From NCBI GenBank assembly GCA_002269645.1, contig NIVC01003551.1, forward strand, positions 1 through 37,239: 37,239 nucleotides of DNA. The letters run 5' to 3'. The notes under the pieces were generated by a model, which saw only the letters and a program-made list of their open reading frames with translations, was not told the origin of the DNA and ran no database searches. Of the stretch, positions 32,925 to 37,239 are shown piece by piece (within the stretch, counting starts at the first letter, position 1; each line of letters begins with the position of its first letter). This DNA comes from Macrostomum lignano (lineage: Eukaryota). Position numbers and translations under genes: made by a program.

Positions 32925-35145
32925 CTAATCAGACGGCGCCTTCTCAACAGCGAACGGCTGGTCAACAGGCAGCGAGCCGCAGTCGGCGATGACCACATCC
33001 TGGGATGGCCGGTCATTCTGGTTAGTTGGGGTGGTCTCGATCGTCCTGACCACGCTCATGCCCTCCAGCACTTTGCCGAATACAACGTGCCGCCCGTCCA
33101 GCCACTGGGTCTTGGCCACGGTGATGAAGAACTGGCTGCCGTTTGTGTCCGGGCCAGCGTTGGCCATGGAGCACCAGCCGGCGCCGTAATGCTTCAGCTT
33201 GAAGTTCTCGTCCTTGAACTTCTCGCCATAGATGGACTTGCCTCCGGTGCCGTCGCCTTTAGTGAAATCGCCGCCCTGAATCATGAAGCCCTTGATGACG
33301 CGGTGAAACTTGGACCCCTTGTAGCCCATGCTGCCGCCAGACTCCTGGGGCACGCCCTCCGCCAGCGACTTGAAATTCTTAACAGTTTTTGGCACGCTGC
33401 CGCCAAACAGGCCGATGACGATGCGGCCAGCTGGCTTCCCACCGATGGTGATGTCGAAGAACACCTGGGAGCGAAGGTTTATTTAGATCAGGGTCCGGCA
33501 AACTTTTCTCAAAAGCCAGATAAAGAACCTAGCTAATGGCTGTGGGCCAGATGAGAGAGGAAAGGAGAGGGAAGGAACAGGAGGTAAGAGAGTTGAGATT
33601 TGAGAAGAGACCTCAAACAGGCCAGACTGCTATTGTAAAGTTTCAAAGGACCCAAAAGCTGGATAGAGGCTTTTCAACTCCTGATTTCAATACAAAATTA
33701 GCAAGCCACACACAGCAAGGCATTTGAAAATTTAATGAGAGCTAAAGCAGGATTAGATGGCAAAGCTTTCTGCCTATTATTCCATTGACTCCTGGCCTAT
33801 ACACAAGCTGTATAGCACTAAAGCAGCCTTAAATTTCAAATTGTCATGCATATAGGCTTACACTTTCTATAGGGGTTGAACCTTATATGTGAATTGCATG
33901 GCATTCCCAAGCCAATTATGGGTGCTAGATATAGGCTATTTACCTGGATGATTTTATTCTTGATCATAAAATAACTACACAGAAAATCTAGCTAAAATAT
34001 CTATAAACTTTTACTTAAAGTACTATAATAGTTAATGTTCCACTGCAACTATGACTATAGCTATAAATACGAGTATAGCCTTGTCCAAGTCTAATGGTAG
34101 AATGGCCCCATTATAAGCCTAGTCAAAAACTAAAATACTATTAGCTATATATTAAAAATATTAGACTTGGACATAAACTATTACTTTTATATTATATAAT
34201 AAATGTTTTATGTTCCTTATATAACTTAAAAGTAAGTTAAGATTGTTAAATAGATGTAAGTACACTGAAATATATTCCCACGCACACGTGACACCTTCCT
34301 GAGTGTGGGACTGCCCCGCTCCCCCTACTTTAAAAATACTAGATCCGCCACTGTTATAACTTATATTATAAGAGGTTGAATCCCAAAACCAATAGATTTT
34401 GAACCTAATAAACTTCAATCCCTAAAACAATTTAAATATAAATCTAGAAGTAAAGATAAATTTCCATCATTCTTGGGATTCAAAATAGCTTTCTTTCAGA
34501 ACTAGGCCTAAACAATGTAAAAAGTATATGCAATAGGTTTATGTAATAATAGAGTTCTTATATAATAAAAATTAATAATACCAAATTAAATAACAAAGTA
34601 AAAGTCTATTGGCATTAGTATGCATAGGCAAACTTTGGCCTTTAGCTGCTTCTTTATCTCTTAGGTCCTTGGAAACTTTTTTCTCTTCTGTTTTTAGAAG
34701 ACAATAACATATTTTGCAAAATATAGTTTTGCATGAATAAATTATTTTTATAGAAAATAATCATTTTTTAAGTAACCTTTTAAAGCTTAGTAAGAAACAA
34801 TAGATTTTAGGGAGAAACTAGGCCTATAACATGTTATTAGGGGCCTATTTATTGAGTGCCTACTTTTATTTAAACAATATTCTTTTATCTAAATACATTT
34901 ATATTATTAAGCAACTAAACAGGTAAATAACTAATAACCATGCTATCATCAATCATTGACTTAACTTTGTGAACCCAGTGGTCCTTGTATATACTATTAT
35001 GACATAAAATTAAAGTACTTTTTTGTTTATATATTGTTACCTTGTCAGTTACTTTGGGTCCTTTGGCCGATGCACCAGTATGAAAACTACTAAAAAGAAG
35101 CATCATAATGACGCAAAGACCAAGTGCAGTCGCAATAGTTCGCAT
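32925..35145 (-). CDS. PPIB: Peptidyl-prolyl cis-trans isomerase B (cyclophilin B), exons 35145-35041 and 33464-32925 (214 aa)
   Basis: Signal peptide plus KGPKVTDK|[66 protein letters not shown]; donor AAG|GTAAC and acceptor CCCAG|GTG, phase 0. Confidence 0.95.
33489..33630 (+). mobile_element. hAT-like non-autonomous element, 5' part, inside the PPIB intron
   Basis: Begins CAGGGTCCGGCAAACTTTT after ATTTAGAT; interior GCCAGATA.AGAACC..GA-rich..TGAGAAGAGAC is shared with 9670-9854. Confidence 0.55.
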
Positions 35146-35997
35146 TTTGCAGAGTTGAATACGAATAACTTGAAAAATTTTAGAAGCAGACATAAACTAC
35201 TTAATGAATATTCTTTCGCTCAGAAGTATTAAACTGTAGCAGGCCCAAGCATTACAAATCCATAAAATAATTTCGAATGTAGCAACTGCCTAGTCAGTCA
35301 CTAGACACACAGGATTTCAATTTGAAACGGATTTGAATTCGTAGATTTTTCAGTAGTATCGTGTAACTACAACCTAATTGTTTTCCTATTTCATATTATG
35401 ATTAGCTGTTCAATACTTATCATTTAATTTTTGTATCTTTATTTTTCCTTTTATCTCGTATACTGGAATGCAATATATACATTAGTCATTCTAATACGAT
35501 ACGTTCATCCTTTGTTTTACTAGGAATTTCCCAGTAAGTTTTGGGAATGCACGTTGCGTCGAGTTTTCCGTGATCTCAATTATGGTAGCACAGTTGCATA
35601 GGTGCACACAATTCGGTACCAAGACAGTTAGGTACCAGAGCAATCGGAAGCTTTTTAAAGTAGAAACAGATGCAGGGAAGTGTTTTTTAAGTTAAATATT
35701 TATTGGCTATCTATTGGACAAAATACTGAAATTGATATCTATATACTATAAAAATTTGATACTGAAGGTTTTCTCTTTGTTTCTATTCCAAGAAAGAGCA
35801 CGCATCTTGAAGAACATACATCGAATCCATGTACATGTACGTGCTTCAAGTAATTATAATTATAAAAGGGAACTTAACTTAACATGTATATTTCTTGAGA
35901 GGGGAGACTAAAATACGGATCGGATCATCGGGGTCAGATTCAGGATCCGAGATCCGTCGGATCAGCAATTAATTGATTATACTAAGTAAGTAATGAT

Positions 35998-36115
35998 CAT
36001 AGGCGTCAGAACGGGGGGCAGAGGGGCCATGTCCCATTTTTAACGTGGGGGATCGACCATCATATGGTTACCCATGCATGCCCCCCCCCCACTTTTCAAA
36101 ACTTTGACGCCTATA
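35998..36115. mobile_element. Short MITE-like element with ATAGGCGTCA/TGACGCCTAT ends and internal G/C runs
   Basis: 10-bp terminal inverted repeat; no TSD seen. Confidence 0.45.
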
Positions 36116-36315
36116 TATGGCCTTTGGCCGATCCCAAGGTTGGGGATAATAGGCAACGCCATTTAAATGCCTTTCTTCCTACGCTCGTACATGTAGATGG
36201 GTTCGATGCGGCAGGGGATGGGAGAGTGCAGGCCCCAAAGCTCTCTCGGGGTGCACGATCCTACGGGCCGGGGCCGTATTTAGAAGTATTGTTACTACTG
36301 TAATTATACTCGTAC

Positions 36316-36494
36316 CAGGGACTACTCAAACACCGGGACGGGAAACTAAAATTTTTTACGAGGCTGGCTGGCAATTATTTTCATTAGAGAGATGCTGTGT
36401 TACTTTGTTGTCTATGGTTATTTTCTACTGCTGATGATAGACCAGCCTCGTAAAAAAATTCTAGTTTCCCGTCCCGGTGATTGAGTAGTCCCTG
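36316..36494. mobile_element. hAT-type MITE, 179 bp, ~52-bp TIRs, perfect 8-bp TSD
   Basis: CAGGGACTACTCAA..CCGGGACGGGAAACTA..TTACGAGGCTGG is mirrored at the right end; TSD ACTCGTAC at 36308-36315 and 36495-36502. Confidence 0.88.
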
Positions 36495-37044
36495 ACTCGT
36501 ACTTGCTTGAATTCGGCTCATACTGCATGTGATCTTTCACTCTGATCCTCAGCTTCGATTCCATGCCCTGCGACAGGCGCACTCACACTACTCACACTTC
36601 ATACGCCACGACTTCGGGTAAACAAGTAAACAGACAAGCAACAAAGAGTTCAATGGCTAATTCCCTAAATTGCTGGCCCTAAACTTGGCCGGATAAAAAT
36701 TGTTCGGTTGATTATTAAAGCTGAATAGAGAAGACAGAATATTTGGAGATTGTGAGAATTCGGGCGAGGGGAGGAGACCAGGCTAATGCGACCCAAGGGC
36801 AGCGCAACAGAGGAAAAATACGTACCTTAACAGACGCAGCCGACGGTCATCGGATAGTAACAGCGGCTATACAGGCACAGGAAATCCGGAACTTTCGGAT
36901 TGGGGTGGGTGTTAGGGGAAGTCGCAAACGATTGGGAAGGAAAGGACAGTTAACGGGTGCTTATTGGGGAGATCCTGAGGATCTTGGAGCAATCAAAGTA
37001 TTTGGGGGCGAGAATGGGCCCAGAAAAGCGGGGTCCCACAAAAT

Positions 37045-37218
37045 CGAAATTTCATGACGTCGAATTAAAAACACCTTCCTTCACAAAGTCGCAAGTTCAC
37101 GAGGTCGAAATTTCGACCTTGTGAAAGTGGCTGCAATGAGTTTTCGATGTTGTGAAATTTCGAACTAATAAAGTCTGTTGCTAAGATTTTCGACATTATG
37201 AAATTTCGACCTTGTGAA
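37045..37218. repeat. Degenerate GAAATTTCGAC subrepeat cluster with an internal palindrome; possible transposon subterminal region
   Basis: TTCACGAGGTCGAAATTTCGACCTTGTGAA hairpin and recurring GAAATTTCGACCTTGTGAAAG; close to the window end. Confidence 0.4.
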
Positions 37219-37239
37219 AGCACCATCCACATGGAAGAG

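Noticed and set aside
34320-34352. CAGTGGCGGATCTAG-type MITE end (minus strand) in the PPIB intron
   Set aside because: Only one terminus is visible; too little to delimit an element.

Overview
Eukaryotic, intron-containing and repeat-rich DNA. The GC-rich exons, short introns and many minisatellites suggest an invertebrate such as the flatworm Macrostomum, but that assignment is inference. Recognisable genes, all on the minus strand, are an SLC35F1/F2-like transporter (2 exons), an ANKRD54-like ankyrin protein, ENY2/Sus1 and cyclophilin B (PPIB, 2 exons). The standout is a manually spliced 9-exon model (28319..23115, about 1052 aa) joining ankyrin repeats, a Ser/Thr kinase and a caspase domain with intact His-Gly and QACRG in one reading frame. 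There is also a 2-exon orphan gene with a degenerate KH-like domain, a small single-pass membrane ORF and a small Cys-rich ORF. Intergenic and intronic space holds two copies of a tRNA-derived CORE-type SINE, an RTE-like LINE fragment, a spliced MULE transposase pseudogene, a foldback element with a 9-bp TSD, hAT-type MITEs, other inverted-repeat elements and eight minisatellite arrays. Most long low-complexity ORFs in the track are artefacts of these arrays.
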